Below are positions 47,562 through 57,374 of a stretch of 64,000 bases of DNA, in pieces. This stretch comes from a virus: IMG/VR virus record IMGVR_UViG_3300042922_000836, positions 32,001 through 96,000 of that record. One strand, written 5' to 3'. Every line of letters begins with the position of its first letter. The first letter of the stretch is position 1. Both the position numbers and the translations under genes were made by a program. Under the pieces are notes generated by a model that was not told the DNA's origin, ran no database searches, and saw only the letters and a list, made by a program, of their open reading frames with translations.

Positions 47562-48662
47562 TTAGAATAAATCAGAATCATCAACATCAGGCTTTTCTAC
47601 TACTGTTTTTGTTTCAGGCTTGTCCTCTGCTTTTTTCATTACTTCCTCAAGATTTTCATCTTTGGTAGGAACAAAAATACTTTCTTCAAATTCTGACATT
47701 TTCATTTCTGAATCAATAATACCGTTTGCGAAATCACCTAAGAGTTTAGGATCGGCAAGTCTATATTCATTAATCTTTTCACCGACTATACTTCCTCTTG
47801 GCTTAAAATATTCAAGAGGATGAATATCAAGCTCAACCTGTTGTTTCTGTGCGGGAGTTAACATCGATTCATTAAATTCAACTTCTTCTGCACCACGAAT
47901 TAAGCGAACATCCCATAACATATGAGCCATTGTTTTGTTTTTTATATCGATATAATTCATTTTATAGTCGAATAATTTTTTATGGCTTTCGTTATTTTCA
48001 AAGTCAAACTTAGAATAATTAAAAATAAGCTGTTGCGGAACGAATTTATTCTTTTCATCTTTATTTATGTACTGCTCGATAAAACCGTTTAAATAAATCT
48101 TTTTATTTTCTTTCTGCTCAGATTTATCAATGCTATCCTTGTTGTAATAGAAATCAAAAGTGAGCAACAATTTATTTTTCTGTTCTTTATCAACCGCATA
48201 AATATTCTGAAACTTGAATTTATCGTAATACTGATCCTTATACCATTCTTTGGCGAACTGTCCTATAACACAAACTTTGCCCTCATATTTCGGCAACCAA
48301 TCTTTCAAAAAGACAAGAGCATCATACTGTGTAAGAAACTCTTTCCGACCACCAAAGTCTTCTCCAAGGTCTACTGTAAACTTTTTAAAACTTGCAATCT
48401 TTTTAAGCACATCTTCATCGAGCCTGTTTGCCCATTTTATTTCGATTTTTTCATTTTCAGTGTTCATAGATTGAATAACATCCTGAATACTATCAAATCC
48501 CTCAACAAAAGCCATATTGTTATCGCTTTCCTTGATACCGAAGTTTACACTTACCATTGCTTTTTTATTTTTGCCTGTCATTTCTTTAAAAAAAGGTCTT
48601 TTTGCATCCGTTTTCGGAATTAATATTGTTCCTGTAAAATTAAATCTTGCTGGTATACCCAT
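47562..48662 (-). CDS. Putative ssDNA-binding protein
   Basis: Acidic C-terminal 'DVDDSDLF' tail; first gene of the replication module. Confidence 0.55.
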   Translation of the reverse strand: MGIPARFNFTGTILIPKTDAKRPFFKEMTGKNKKAMVSVNFGIKESDNNMAFVEGFDSIQDVIQSMNTENEKIEIKWANRLDEDVLKKIASFKKFTVDLGEDFGGRKEFLTQYDALVFLKDWLPKYEGKVCVIGQFAKEWYKDQYYDKFKFQNIYAVDKEQKNKLLLTFDFYYNKDSIDKSEQKENKKIYLNGFIEQYINKDEKNKFVPQQLIFNYSKFDFENNESHKKLFDYKMNYIDIKNKTMAHMLWDVRLIRGAEEVEFNESMLTPAQKQQVELDIHPLEYFKPRGSIVGEKINEYRLADPKLLGDFANGIIDSEMKMSEFEESIFVPTKDENLEEVMKKAEDKPETKTVVEKPDVDDSDLF

Positions 48663-48767
48663 TTGTTTTTCTCCTTTAAATTTTTAATATTTTTTAATTA
48701 ATGTAATTATTGATAACATATTAAATCAGTAGTTGGTTTTAACCACCCCCTTTATGTAAATATTTAT

Positions 48768-49037
48768 TTAATCCCAACCACAGCAACCGCAACAGTAATT
48801 ATCATATTCTTCATTAGGACTATATTCAAAAAAAGGCAAATCCCATTTACTATCTACGGTTTTGCTACAGAAAGAACACTTTGCTTTTCTTCCCTCTAAT
48901 CCCTCATTTCCTATACATAATTTTTCAATTTCTTCATGCTCTTTTTTCATTCCGATGCAAATACCACATACTGGTTTATTGTTGCTATCTATTGCATTTG
49001 AAACATGTCCACATTTCATAAGATAAGCCATTTTCAA
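48768..49037 (-). CDS. Cys-rich hypothetical protein
   Basis: Several CxxC motifs; C-terminal CGCCGWD. Confidence 0.6.
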   Translation of the reverse strand: MKMAYLMKCGHVSNAIDSNNKPVCGICIGMKKEHEEIEKLCIGNEGLEGRKAKCSFCSKTVDSKWDLPFFEYSPNEEYDNYCCGCCGWD

Positions 49038-49252
49038 CTTCCTTTACTATTTGAGCCAAAAAATGTATTAAACAATATTAAAAGTCCAATAGATTGCCAG
49101 TATGTAATTGTGCCGAAATCGGTAATTTCAGGTATTATTCCATTCCATAACCAATATACAATCAATCCATTTATAAAAAATGCAAGAATAGTTCCAATAA
49201 AAGTAACAACACTGTCTGTAAGTTTATCATCTTTGTTTTCGTTATTTTTCAT
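49034..49252 (-). CDS. Small membrane protein
   Basis: Start MKNNENK; 'WLWN...ITYWQSIGL'. Confidence 0.55.
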   Translation of the reverse strand: MKNNENKDDKLTDSVVTFIGTILAFFINGLIVYWLWNGIIPEITDFGTITYWQSIGLLILFNTFFGSNSKGS

Positions 49253-49265
49253 ACGTTTTCCTTTC

Positions 49266-49532
49266 TTAATCGCCTTTATCTGATATATCATTATTAAATT
49301 GTCTATCATTTTCAAGAACACATTCATGACAGGGATGAGTTTCATCATTTCTAACAGCATCTGTACATTCCATACAGAAAATATTATTTGTATTGCAGTC
49401 ACTGATAAAACCGATACAATAAGGACAAAGTAACTTACCACAGATTGAACATCTATAATCATTTAAATCTTCTTCAGCAATTTCTTCATCACTAATATCA
49501 CAACCGCATACTTCACATTTTAAATTATCCAT
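49266..49532 (-). CDS. Cys-rich zinc-finger protein
   Basis: Five CxxC pairs. Confidence 0.55.
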   Translation of the reverse strand: MDNLKCEVCGCDISDEEIAEEDLNDYRCSICGKLLCPYCIGFISDCNTNNIFCMECTDAVRNDETHPCHECVLENDRQFNNDISDKGD

Positions 49533-49599
49533 TGAATTACTCCTTCATCGTTATTTTTGCCATTATTACTTTGAACGTTTCAAGGTCAAAAAATATATG

Positions 49600-49833
49600 C
49601 TACATCCATTTACCAATAATCTTAGATACCATTGCAGTATATATTGAAATAATTATAATTACTATTACAAATATAATTATTGATAATCCTAATGATATCC
49701 ATAACGGTGAAAGCACCCATAACCAAGACCAATTAATTACTCCAAAACATTTCAATGCAACAAAGATTATTTCTAATAACCACACAGCACCTGAACTAAA
49801 ACCAAAAGTAACTTGGGCAGTATTTTTTTCCAT
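49600..49833 (-). CDS. Small membrane protein
   Basis: 'LK..GVINWSW.WVLSPLW' motif common in phages. Confidence 0.65.
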   Translation of the reverse strand: MEKNTAQVTFGFSSGAVWLLEIIFVALKCFGVINWSWLWVLSPLWISLGLSIIIFVIVIIIISIYTAMVSKIIGKWM

Positions 49834-49843
49834 TTTCTCACCT

Positions 49844-50245
49844 CTATTCTATAATTTCAAGTTCCATATAAATATCGCTTGGTACATCATCTTCCCAAAT
49901 AATACTATTTTTTAAAATATAATTATTGTATGTACTTGCTGTTTTATTTGCTCTCATTTTAGCCTGTTCTGCCCAGCCCTGTTTTTCTTCCTTATCACTG
50001 TCTTTATACTGTTCGTATGTAAGTTTATCAGTTTCATATGATGAAATCATTGCTCTGCATGTATCTTCAACCTTTTTTAAAGTCTTATAATTTGTGGCAT
50101 CATCGGCTTTCTGAATGTCATATGCTCTTTTATTCCAAACTGCTCTGCCTTGCGGAGTTGCAACATAAAATATTGTTGCTCCGATTACGATAACTAAGAC
50201 TACAATTCCGATTATTTTATATGCTGTTTCACTCATTTTATTCAC
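49844..50245 (-). CDS. Membrane-anchored hypothetical protein
   Basis: N-terminal TM helix; paired with the lipoprotein gene. Confidence 0.6.
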   Translation of the reverse strand: MNKMSETAYKIIGIVVLVIVIGATIFYVATPQGRAVWNKRAYDIQKADDATNYKTLKKVEDTCRAMISSYETDKLTYEQYKDSDKEEKQGWAEQAKMRANKTASTYNNYILKNSIIWEDDVPSDIYMELEIIE

Positions 50246-50798
50246 CTGTTCCTACTTCATATTTAATAACAGGATCGTCAATTTCAAAAGGAATATCAGA
50301 ATATAAATATGTACCTGTCCACTCTATGTATCTTCCATCTGGTGTAAAGAAGAATATTCCGTCTTGCTGATCACCGTAACAACCGTCTATATCTGCCAAC
50401 CATTCTGTATATGAACCATTATACTCTTCACTGATAGGTGTTAAATAATTCGTTAAGCTTGTAACTTTACCCTCAACAATAAATCTGCCTATAACCGCAC
50501 CGTTGTCAGAAAACAATAATACATATCCTAAAGGCATATCTGCAATCGGACAAGGTAATGTTCTTGCCTTTTCTCTCTGTCCATTAACCCAATATGTTTT
50601 TCTGATTATATTATATCGTTCCAATGAATAATCAATATCGGTTGGTGTCGGTTGATTTGCTTGAAGGATATCTGCCATATTTTTAGTGTTTAATGTATCT
50701 TGATATGAGCCATCATCTAATAAGTCACACCCCATAAATGTTACCATTAATATGCCTACAATTAATACGCAAATGATTTTTTTAATAAGTTTCTTCAT
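50238..50798 (-). CDS. Lipoprotein
   Basis: FMGC lipobox; 'GKVTSL...DGCYG...GIFFFT'. Confidence 0.65.
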   Translation of the reverse strand: MKKLIKKIICVLIVGILMVTFMGCDLLDDGSYQDTLNTKNMADILQANQPTPTDIDYSLERYNIIRKTYWVNGQREKARTLPCPIADMPLGYVLLFSDNGAVIGRFIVEGKVTSLTNYLTPISEEYNGSYTEWLADIDGCYGDQQDGIFFFTPDGRYIEWTGTYLYSDIPFEIDDPVIKYEVGTGE

Positions 50799-50829
50799 AA
50801 TTTTTTTAATCTCCTTTAATTTATATGTT

Positions 50830-51042
50830 TTATTTTAATTTATTTATTAAGCCATCAAGAATAAGGTTTACTTGGTCAACATCATAAGGATCATAATCCA
50901 AAAGACCACAAGGACATTTACAATGATACAAATAGTCCTCTTTATTTCCTGTTAATATATTTTCTACTTTAATACTGATTTCACTTCCGTTAGGTTCAAT
51001 AACATATCTAACATTTCCAAATAAAATTTCTAATCTTTTCAT
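50830..51042 (-). CDS. Hypothetical protein
   Basis: RBS plus ATG. Confidence 0.45.
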   Translation of the reverse strand: MKRLEILFGNVRYVIEPNGSEISIKVENILTGNKEDYLYHCKCPCGLLDYDPYDVDQVNLILDGLINKLK

Positions 51043-51093
51043 TTAAATATCCTCTTTCTTCTTATAACGTTTAATTACTTTAATCGTTGTGAC

Positions 51094-52818
51094 TTAAAAA
51101 TTTTTATGCAATAATGCTCTTATCTCTGCCAAAGACTGTTCCCTCAATAATTTACCATCTTCAAATATCGGTTCAAGTAAATTATCCGTTGCTTTATCAT
51201 ATTCTTCCTGTGACAAGCCATCCCTATAAAGAATATCATCACCGTTACGGTATACACAAACTTTTCCTGTTGCAGATTTCTTAAAACCTGAATCGGTAAT
51301 CGGATCTTTGTAAAGATTCTTTTCTTCACTACCGAATATTCCGTATGTTGATTTTAAAGCAAAGCCAAAAGTATCCCTTGTATTATACTGATATGTATAA
51401 GAACCGATACCATATACCATATTGGTAGATGCAAAACCTTTTGCTTTTAATCTATCACAAATTTCTTTACATCTGTCTAATGTAATTGCATCACCGTAGA
51501 TACAGCCGATATGTGTATCAAGCTGTTTATATCCCTGTGCAGTAATTGTTCCACCGAAAATTTCCCAAAGGATTTCAATAACACCTTTTTGTTCAGATTT
51601 CAATTTAATTTCATTACATCTTGCAAGATTATATGTATAAATATAATAATACTGTTTATCATATCTGTTCCAATCAACATCAAATACAATTTCATAATTA
51701 ATATTATTGAATTTAAATACCCCGCTAACTTCACTTTTACCACATTCACCATGTGGAGTATTGGTTCTTAATTCATCAATTAGAGTTTCTTCCATCCATT
51801 TTTTACAATCATCAAGAGTTTTTATGTAATTCTCTTTGTCTAAATCATATATCTGGACAGTACCGCAAACAATATCCACAGGATTACCTGAGTCTGGTCT
51901 TATAACTATTCTACCGTCACGATTTATAATTTCAGGCTTTAATTTACCTATAACATCATACAATACACTCCATAAATCCCAAGTATCTGAAACTATAGAG
52001 GCAAAACCTTTCGGATATACTTCCGTAATTATATGGCGATAAGATTCCAATTCATTTCTGCCATATGCACACATAACCGAATGTTCTGTTGCGGGAATTG
52101 AACAGCCTACAAGTTCTTTTTCAATGTTTGCATTGTAATAATTCTCATGATATAAAATAGCGGGAATTGTATCTGTACCAACAAATGATGTTAAGTGACC
52201 AGCACCACTTGATACTGCACTTTCTACTCCACCCATGCCTCTAAAAGAAAAATCATGTCCTTGGAATTTAACACCGCTTAAATCACCATTGGTTTCATTT
52301 GCATAATCATTAAGCATTTTCCGATACTTATATGCAATAGTAGCAGAAGTAGTTGGTTGCCATAAACAACTCGACATTAAAGTTTCCAGATAATTTGTCA
52401 GCCAGAAGAATTCAGGTTTCGTGTTTTCAATCGTTAACATGGGAGTTCTTATGTTTACTCTCGTACCTTCCTTAACAGCACTTATTTTAATAGGAAGATA
52501 ACCTAACTTATGTAATGCCTCAAGGTGACTTGCATCAGGATCAGGATCGTTTAAGGTATATTTAATTGCTCTTTTGTATTCATTGATTACATCTTCCAAA
52601 GGTCTTTTGAAGAAATTTTCATCAAAATAGTTAATTAAATAGTTTTTAATAAATCCCTGAAATCCAAAAGCTACTATCTTGTCCACACCTTTTATTCTGG
52701 TCATTCTTGGTGTCCATGTGCTATAAATTTTCTCCGTATTTGCTGGATACTGCTTTCTATGTGATATCTTATAAAAATCACACAGCAAAGTTGCGGGTAA
52801 TTTCAAATTTTCTTTCAT
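51094..52818 (-). CDS. Nicotinamide phosphoribosyltransferase-like protein (Namat-like)
   Basis: DFYK.SH..QYP, HDFSFRG, PATEHSVMC, VSDTWD, IRPDSG, YGDAI and RDTFGFA.K motifs. Confidence 0.92.
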   Translation of the reverse strand: MKENLKLPATLLCDFYKISHRKQYPANTEKIYSTWTPRMTRIKGVDKIVAFGFQGFIKNYLINYFDENFFKRPLEDVINEYKRAIKYTLNDPDPDASHLEALHKLGYLPIKISAVKEGTRVNIRTPMLTIENTKPEFFWLTNYLETLMSSCLWQPTTSATIAYKYRKMLNDYANETNGDLSGVKFQGHDFSFRGMGGVESAVSSGAGHLTSFVGTDTIPAILYHENYYNANIEKELVGCSIPATEHSVMCAYGRNELESYRHIITEVYPKGFASIVSDTWDLWSVLYDVIGKLKPEIINRDGRIVIRPDSGNPVDIVCGTVQIYDLDKENYIKTLDDCKKWMEETLIDELRTNTPHGECGKSEVSGVFKFNNINYEIVFDVDWNRYDKQYYYIYTYNLARCNEIKLKSEQKGVIEILWEIFGGTITAQGYKQLDTHIGCIYGDAITLDRCKEICDRLKAKGFASTNMVYGIGSYTYQYNTRDTFGFALKSTYGIFGSEEKNLYKDPITDSGFKKSATGKVCVYRNGDDILYRDGLSQEEYDKATDNLLEPIFEDGKLLREQSLAEIRALLHKNF

Positions 52819-53420
52819 TATTTTTGCTCTCCTTTTAAGTTTTTTATTAAATTTAATGTATACGATAAACAGTCATAAGCCGACTGCAAACCAGCTCTGT
52901 CATCCAAAAAAATGTTATAATATATTTTTCTGCCTCCATACGATATGTAATCCATATTTTCGTTTATCTTATCGTAAGGCAAACCAATTTCATTAAGATA
53001 ATTTATAATAAAAGGTTCATCTATTTTTTCACGACAAGTAAATACAATAAAATTTGCTCCATATTTTTTACATTCTTTTAAAAGATTTATTACTTCATCA
53101 AATTTATGCCCTTTTCCATGAAAATCATAAATCGTTTCATCGAAGTCATATGCAATTATAATTCTACCGTATTTTGCCCATTCTTGATAAAGTCGATTTA
53201 TAACATTTCTATTTTTTAAGTAAAAGTCCAAATGAGAATCTTTTTCAATATATTTAATAATTTTGTCTGCCATAGAACTCATTCCGACCATTCTACCTTC
53301 TAAATATCCATCTTTCCAATTTTCACCATCTACAAGTTTTAACATCTCTTTTTTATGATCTTCATAAGCTGTTTCTTCTAATTCTCTAATATAATATTTA
53401 AGGTTCTCTGTTTCAATCAT
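52818..53420 (-). CDS. HAD-superfamily hydrolase-like protein
   Basis: AYDFDET, FTCR and FLDDRAG motifs. Confidence 0.7.
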   Translation of the reverse strand: MIETENLKYYIRELEETAYEDHKKEMLKLVDGENWKDGYLEGRMVGMSSMADKIIKYIEKDSHLDFYLKNRNVINRLYQEWAKYGRIIIAYDFDETIYDFHGKGHKFDEVINLLKECKKYGANFIVFTCREKIDEPFIINYLNEIGLPYDKINENMDYISYGGRKIYYNIFLDDRAGLQSAYDCLSYTLNLIKNLKGEQK

Positions 53421-53427
53421 TTTATTA

Positions 53428-53724
53428 TTACCTTCCTCTAAAAGAGTGCATCATATTCATTGTACTTATAGCACCAGCGGTACTAATATTATTTAATGTA
53501 TTAATTGTATGAAGTGTATGCAAATGATTCGTTCTGTTGTTACAATTTGAAATATATTCATTTCGTATTTGTTGTCTTTGACACCTTTTATATTTTTTAA
53601 AATTCTTCTTTTTACAATTTCCGCATTTTATACTTTCATATATTAATTCATATATTAATAAGAAAACAAAGAAGATAAAAAGTATAACCAAAAAAACAAG
53701 TAAACCTGTCAAGAAAATATCCAT
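53428..53724 (-). CDS. Membrane-anchored hypothetical protein
   Basis: N-terminal TM helix. Confidence 0.45.
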   Translation of the reverse strand: MDIFLTGLLVFLVILFIFFVFLLIYELIYESIKCGNCKKKNFKKYKRCQRQQIRNEYISNCNNRTNHLHTLHTINTLNNISTAGAISTMNMMHSFRGR

Positions 53725-53729
53725 TTAAT

Positions 53730-54521
53730 TTAATCTCCAATTATTATTATTTTTTCATGTGAATCATTAAACATGTTGTTTGCTGTATAAACTTTTTTTA
53801 TCAAATTGCTTTTTAATATTTCGCCATTAAATATTGTATTTTCACAATGAGATACATAAAGAAAAATATCTTTTGCTCCTTGGTCTTTAAGTAATTGGGC
53901 AGATGCCATAAATGTACCACCTTTTGCACAAAGGTCATCAATTATCAATATATTTTTATCCTTTATGTCAGGACAATTTTCAAGTTCAAAACCGATTATT
54001 TTACCTGTATTTAAATCTCTCTTTTTGTTTGCATTAAAATAAGGTACAGAAAGTTGAAACATTTCCGAATATCTTGACATTGCACCCTTATCAGGATAAA
54101 GAACATAATCAATTTTTTCAGCTTTAAAAACATTACTAACGTAATATATAGGAGTTAATTCATATACATTATTAATTAATTCTTTAGTAACTTTTGAATG
54201 AACATCAAAAACTAATACTGAATCAAAATCCATTGAATTTATAATATTTGCAAAATATTTTAAGCTGAACATATAACCGTCTATCTTTCGATCCATACGT
54301 GAATACGGAACATACTTCATCATTAAATATTTAAATTTATTTGGATATACATCATCAAGATATTGCTTGACCATCTGTAACACCATTAAATCGATATCGG
54401 TTTCATACTTTAATTCAACCATTATTTCTGAAAATGATTCAGGTATAATCTCTTTATATATCCTTTCATTATTCGGGTAGCACTCATTTCCTATTATTTT
54501 ACCATTTATGTATACTGCCAT
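53730..54521 (-). CDS. Ribose-phosphate pyrophosphokinase-like protein (Adps-like)
   Basis: YVPYSRMDR, DVHS, PDKGA, KKR, IIDDLCAKGGTF and YVSH motifs. Confidence 0.9.
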   Translation of the reverse strand: MAVYINGKIIGNECYPNNERIYKEIIPESFSEIMVELKYETDIDLMVLQMVKQYLDDVYPNKFKYLMMKYVPYSRMDRKIDGYMFSLKYFANIINSMDFDSVLVFDVHSKVTKELINNVYELTPIYYVSNVFKAEKIDYVLYPDKGAMSRYSEMFQLSVPYFNANKKRDLNTGKIIGFELENCPDIKDKNILIIDDLCAKGGTFMASAQLLKDQGAKDIFLYVSHCENTIFNGEILKSNLIKKVYTANNMFNDSHEKIIIIGD

Positions 54522-54554
54522 TCTTTTAACTTCCCTCTTTCTTTTTAATTATCT

Positions 54555-54896
54555 TTAATTTTGGTATTTTTCTAATGCTTTATATTTTTCTTTTATTTTA
54601 ATAACATCGATTATATTTAAAAGATTACATCTTTCATCAATTGTAAATTCTAAAGCTAAAAATCCATTAGACAAACCTATCATCCAAGTTTCTACCTTTT
54701 CAAATTCCGCATTTAAATATTCTGTGGGCATTGAATTTTTATCTTCATAACTACAACTATAAAATATATCTGGATTGTTTTTATTCCTAAGTCTAATCCA
54801 ATCATCTGAAAGCATTTTAGTTCCTTCAGGGAAAAGAGGATGAGAAACTAAATCTTTGTTATCTTCAATCTCTTTTAATTTTTCTGTTATTGTCAA
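54555..54896 (-). CDS. Hypothetical protein
   Basis: RBS plus TTG. Confidence 0.5.
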   Translation of the reverse strand: MTITEKLKEIEDNKDLVSHPLFPEGTKMLSDDWIRLRNKNNPDIFYSCSYEDKNSMPTEYLNAEFEKVETWMIGLSNGFLALEFTIDERCNLLNIIDVIKIKEKYKALEKYQN

Positions 54897-54981
54897 TATA
54901 ACTCACTCCTTATTAATGTAATGTCGAAACCATATAGTTTCAAAATATTTATTAATTACAGTTTTTATCATAAACTATTCC

Positions 54982-55479
54982 TTACCTTGATGTATTATTA
55001 TTTTCGGCATTGTTTGAGGAATAATAAGAAATCAAATCCATTGCCATATTAGCTAACGTATCGGCTTGAACATTTCCCTCACAGTCAGCATGTCCAATAC
55101 ATTTTACAAATTCAATATTTTTAAATTGATCTTTTAAATCGATAAGTTCTTGCCAAAGTTCTTTGTTTAATACAGGTTCTTTATTACTGGTTTTCCACCC
55201 ATTTTTAATCCAACCCAATGTCCATTTGTTCATACCATTAATAACATACTGACTATCCATAACAACTTTTACTGGTATATCTTTTCTCTTGATACTTTCT
55301 AAACCTTTGATACAAGCAGTGAGTTCCATTACATTATTTGTGGTATTTAAAGCATTTCCGTTTATCTCTTTTGTTAAATTATTATATTTGAGAAGAACAC
55401 CCCAGCCACCGATATTTGTTTTACTCTGATTTCCTCTGCATCCGCCATCAGCATATATGTAAATTGGTTCTACATTCAT
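54982..55479 (-). CDS. rnhA: Ribonuclease HI
   Basis: YADGGCRGN, TTNNVMEL, DSQY, WIKNGWK, N.ELW, GHA and ADTLA motifs. Confidence 0.93.
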   Translation of the reverse strand: MNVEPIYIYADGGCRGNQSKTNIGGWGVLLKYNNLTKEINGNALNTTNNVMELTACIKGLESIKRKDIPVKVVMDSQYVINGMNKWTLGWIKNGWKTSNKEPVLNKELWQELIDLKDQFKNIEFVKCIGHADCEGNVQADTLANMAMDLISYYSSNNAENNNTSR

Positions 55480-55483
55480 AATT

Positions 55484-55891
55484 TCACCCCTGACTAATTG
55501 AATATATTAAGTCTTGAACATATTCAAAAATTATTATTTCAGGTAAAGTATAACATGTCACAATAGTATATACTTGTATTCCTATTAAAACAAAGCTAAA
55601 GATAGAAAACGCACTTGATATAATAACAAACAATATATCACTCTCACTAAAATCATTATATTTTTTGCTAAAAAGTCTTTTTATGCTAATAAATAAAAAC
55701 ACAAGACTTAATAAAAGTAAGAGAATACTGATTATAATCCAAACCCAGCTTGTAGCAATTTTAAAGTTTATTATTTTAGTTCCAAGTTCTTCTATGTAGG
55801 GCATTACGTTTTGAGAAGACCAATCAAATGCTATACCGAATTTTTCCGATAACTTATCTATGACCTGAATGATACCATTAGTTATTTCCAC
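55484..55891 (-). CDS. Membrane protein
   Basis: Two TM helices. Confidence 0.55.
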   Translation of the reverse strand: MEITNGIIQVIDKLSEKFGIAFDWSSQNVMPYIEELGTKIINFKIATSWVWIIISILLLLLSLVFLFISIKRLFSKKYNDFSESDILFVIISSAFSIFSFVLIGIQVYTIVTCYTLPEIIIFEYVQDLIYSISQG

Positions 55892-55893
55892 TT

Positions 55894-56184
55894 TTATTCC
55901 TCTCTTTCATTATCTTTTATTATTTTAAAAGAACCTTGCATTAATTTAAGAAGTTCTTTATCTATATAATTTACACTATCACTATTAATTTTGGCATTAA
56001 TACTTTTTGTTATTGCTTCAATCGATTTATCTATCTTTTCTTTTACTTCAGGAAGATTAGCAACTTCTTTAATTTCAGAAACAGCTTTATTAATAATTTC
56101 ACCCCTGATTGAATCTTTTAAAATTTCTTTAGCGATAAGCTTATAAAAGACTTCATCATCTTCAACATCAATTATTATTTTCAT
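55894..56184 (-). CDS. Hypothetical protein
   Basis: AGGAG RBS plus ATG. Confidence 0.5.
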   Translation of the reverse strand: MKIIIDVEDDEVFYKLIAKEILKDSIRGEIINKAVSEIKEVANLPEVKEKIDKSIEAITKSINAKINSDSVNYIDKELLKLMQGSFKIIKDNEREE

Positions 56185-56198
56185 TCAAACATCTCCTT

Positions 56199-56534
56199 TT
56201 ACTTTTCAATAATAGTATATATTTTGCCATCTTGATTAATAATTTCATATTTTCTGTTAAATTCATTAAAATTAATATTATCATCGATAGTTACTTTATA
56301 TATGAATTTATCTGTCTTTATATTTTGTTTTTGAGAACCGATTGCTATTAACATAACAAAAATTAATGATATAGTAAAAATGATAATTGAACAAAGTTCT
56401 TCATCATGAAATAAACAAATTCCTATAATAAATGTAATTATACATAACATAACTAATAAAAAAATTTCTAATTCAGGGAAAAGTGTACTATTTATTATCT
56501 GAACTTGCTGACTTAAAATTTCAATACCTTCCAA
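56199..56534 (-). CDS. Membrane protein
   Basis: Two TM helices plus 'YKVTIDD...F..KYEII..DGKIY'. Confidence 0.55.
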   Translation of the reverse strand: MEGIEILSQQVQIINSTLFPELEIFLLVMLCIITFIIGICLFHDEELCSIIIFTISLIFVMLIAIGSQKQNIKTDKFIYKVTIDDNINFNEFNRKYEIINQDGKIYTIIEK

Positions 56535-56544
56535 AATATAAAAC

Positions 56545-56841
56545 CTACCTTTCTAATAAATAAATACTTGTTGCAACAAGAAGACAATCACCTGTATATG
56601 TTGCATATTGTGAATCTACTTTATAGCATTGTGGTTTATATTCATAACCACCACTCATATTAGAGCCTTCTTCATCATAAACAGGCAGACATACCCATTT
56701 TTCATCTTTTGAAAAAGTTAATCCATCAATTGAAACCCCATTAAGTGACCAGCCATTTCTACCTATTAAAATATCTTTATTTTTATGATCAATTTTTTGT
56801 TCATCTAATCTATGTAGAACATCTTTATAAATCCATTCCAT
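56545..56841 (-). CDS. Hypothetical protein
   Basis: ORF within the operon. Confidence 0.5.
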   Translation of the reverse strand: MEWIYKDVLHRLDEQKIDHKNKDILIGRNGWSLNGVSIDGLTFSKDEKWVCLPVYDEEGSNMSGGYEYKPQCYKVDSQYATYTGDCLLVATSIYLLER

Positions 56842-57205
56842 TTGATTTACTTCCCTCTTTTGGATTAACTACGATTAAATCTCCTGTAAAGAACAGCCAT
56901 TTAGGATCGGTGGTATCTTCTTTTAGACAGACAATACTTGGTTTTTCCCTATGTTTTTCATCATATACAAGAGTAAATATTTCATCTTTATGAGCTTCAG
57001 TCCAAGCTTTATATTTCTCCGATAATTTATCATAGTCAGGATGATTTCTAATTACATCTAAATTCAACTTGACTTTAGAAAACTCATCTAAATAAGGTGA
57101 TATTTGTAAAAGTTCCTTATAAGCTATCATTTTTCTAATTTCTTCATTAGATAAACCTTTCTTCTTTAATTGAGTTGTATAATTTCTTTTTTGTTCTCTG
57201 TTCAT
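56825..57205 (-). CDS. Hypothetical protein
   Basis: First gene of the leftward operon after the AT-rich control region. Confidence 0.55.
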   Translation of the reverse strand: MNREQKRNYTTQLKKKGLSNEEIRKMIAYKELLQISPYLDEFSKVKLNLDVIRNHPDYDKLSEKYKAWTEAHKDEIFTLVYDEKHREKPSIVCLKEDTTDPKWLFFTGDLIVVNPKEGSKSNGMDL

Positions 57206-57374
57206 ATTTTATCAACCTTTCTTTACACATTGTTTTATTACTTATGACCTCATAAACTCTTTAATAATAATAAATAATCATAAAATTACTTATTATATAT
57301 TGGTTATACATTATAATTACTTGTTACGTTTATAATCTAAAAATAAAGGGGAAATCCCCAATATTTTTAATGTA

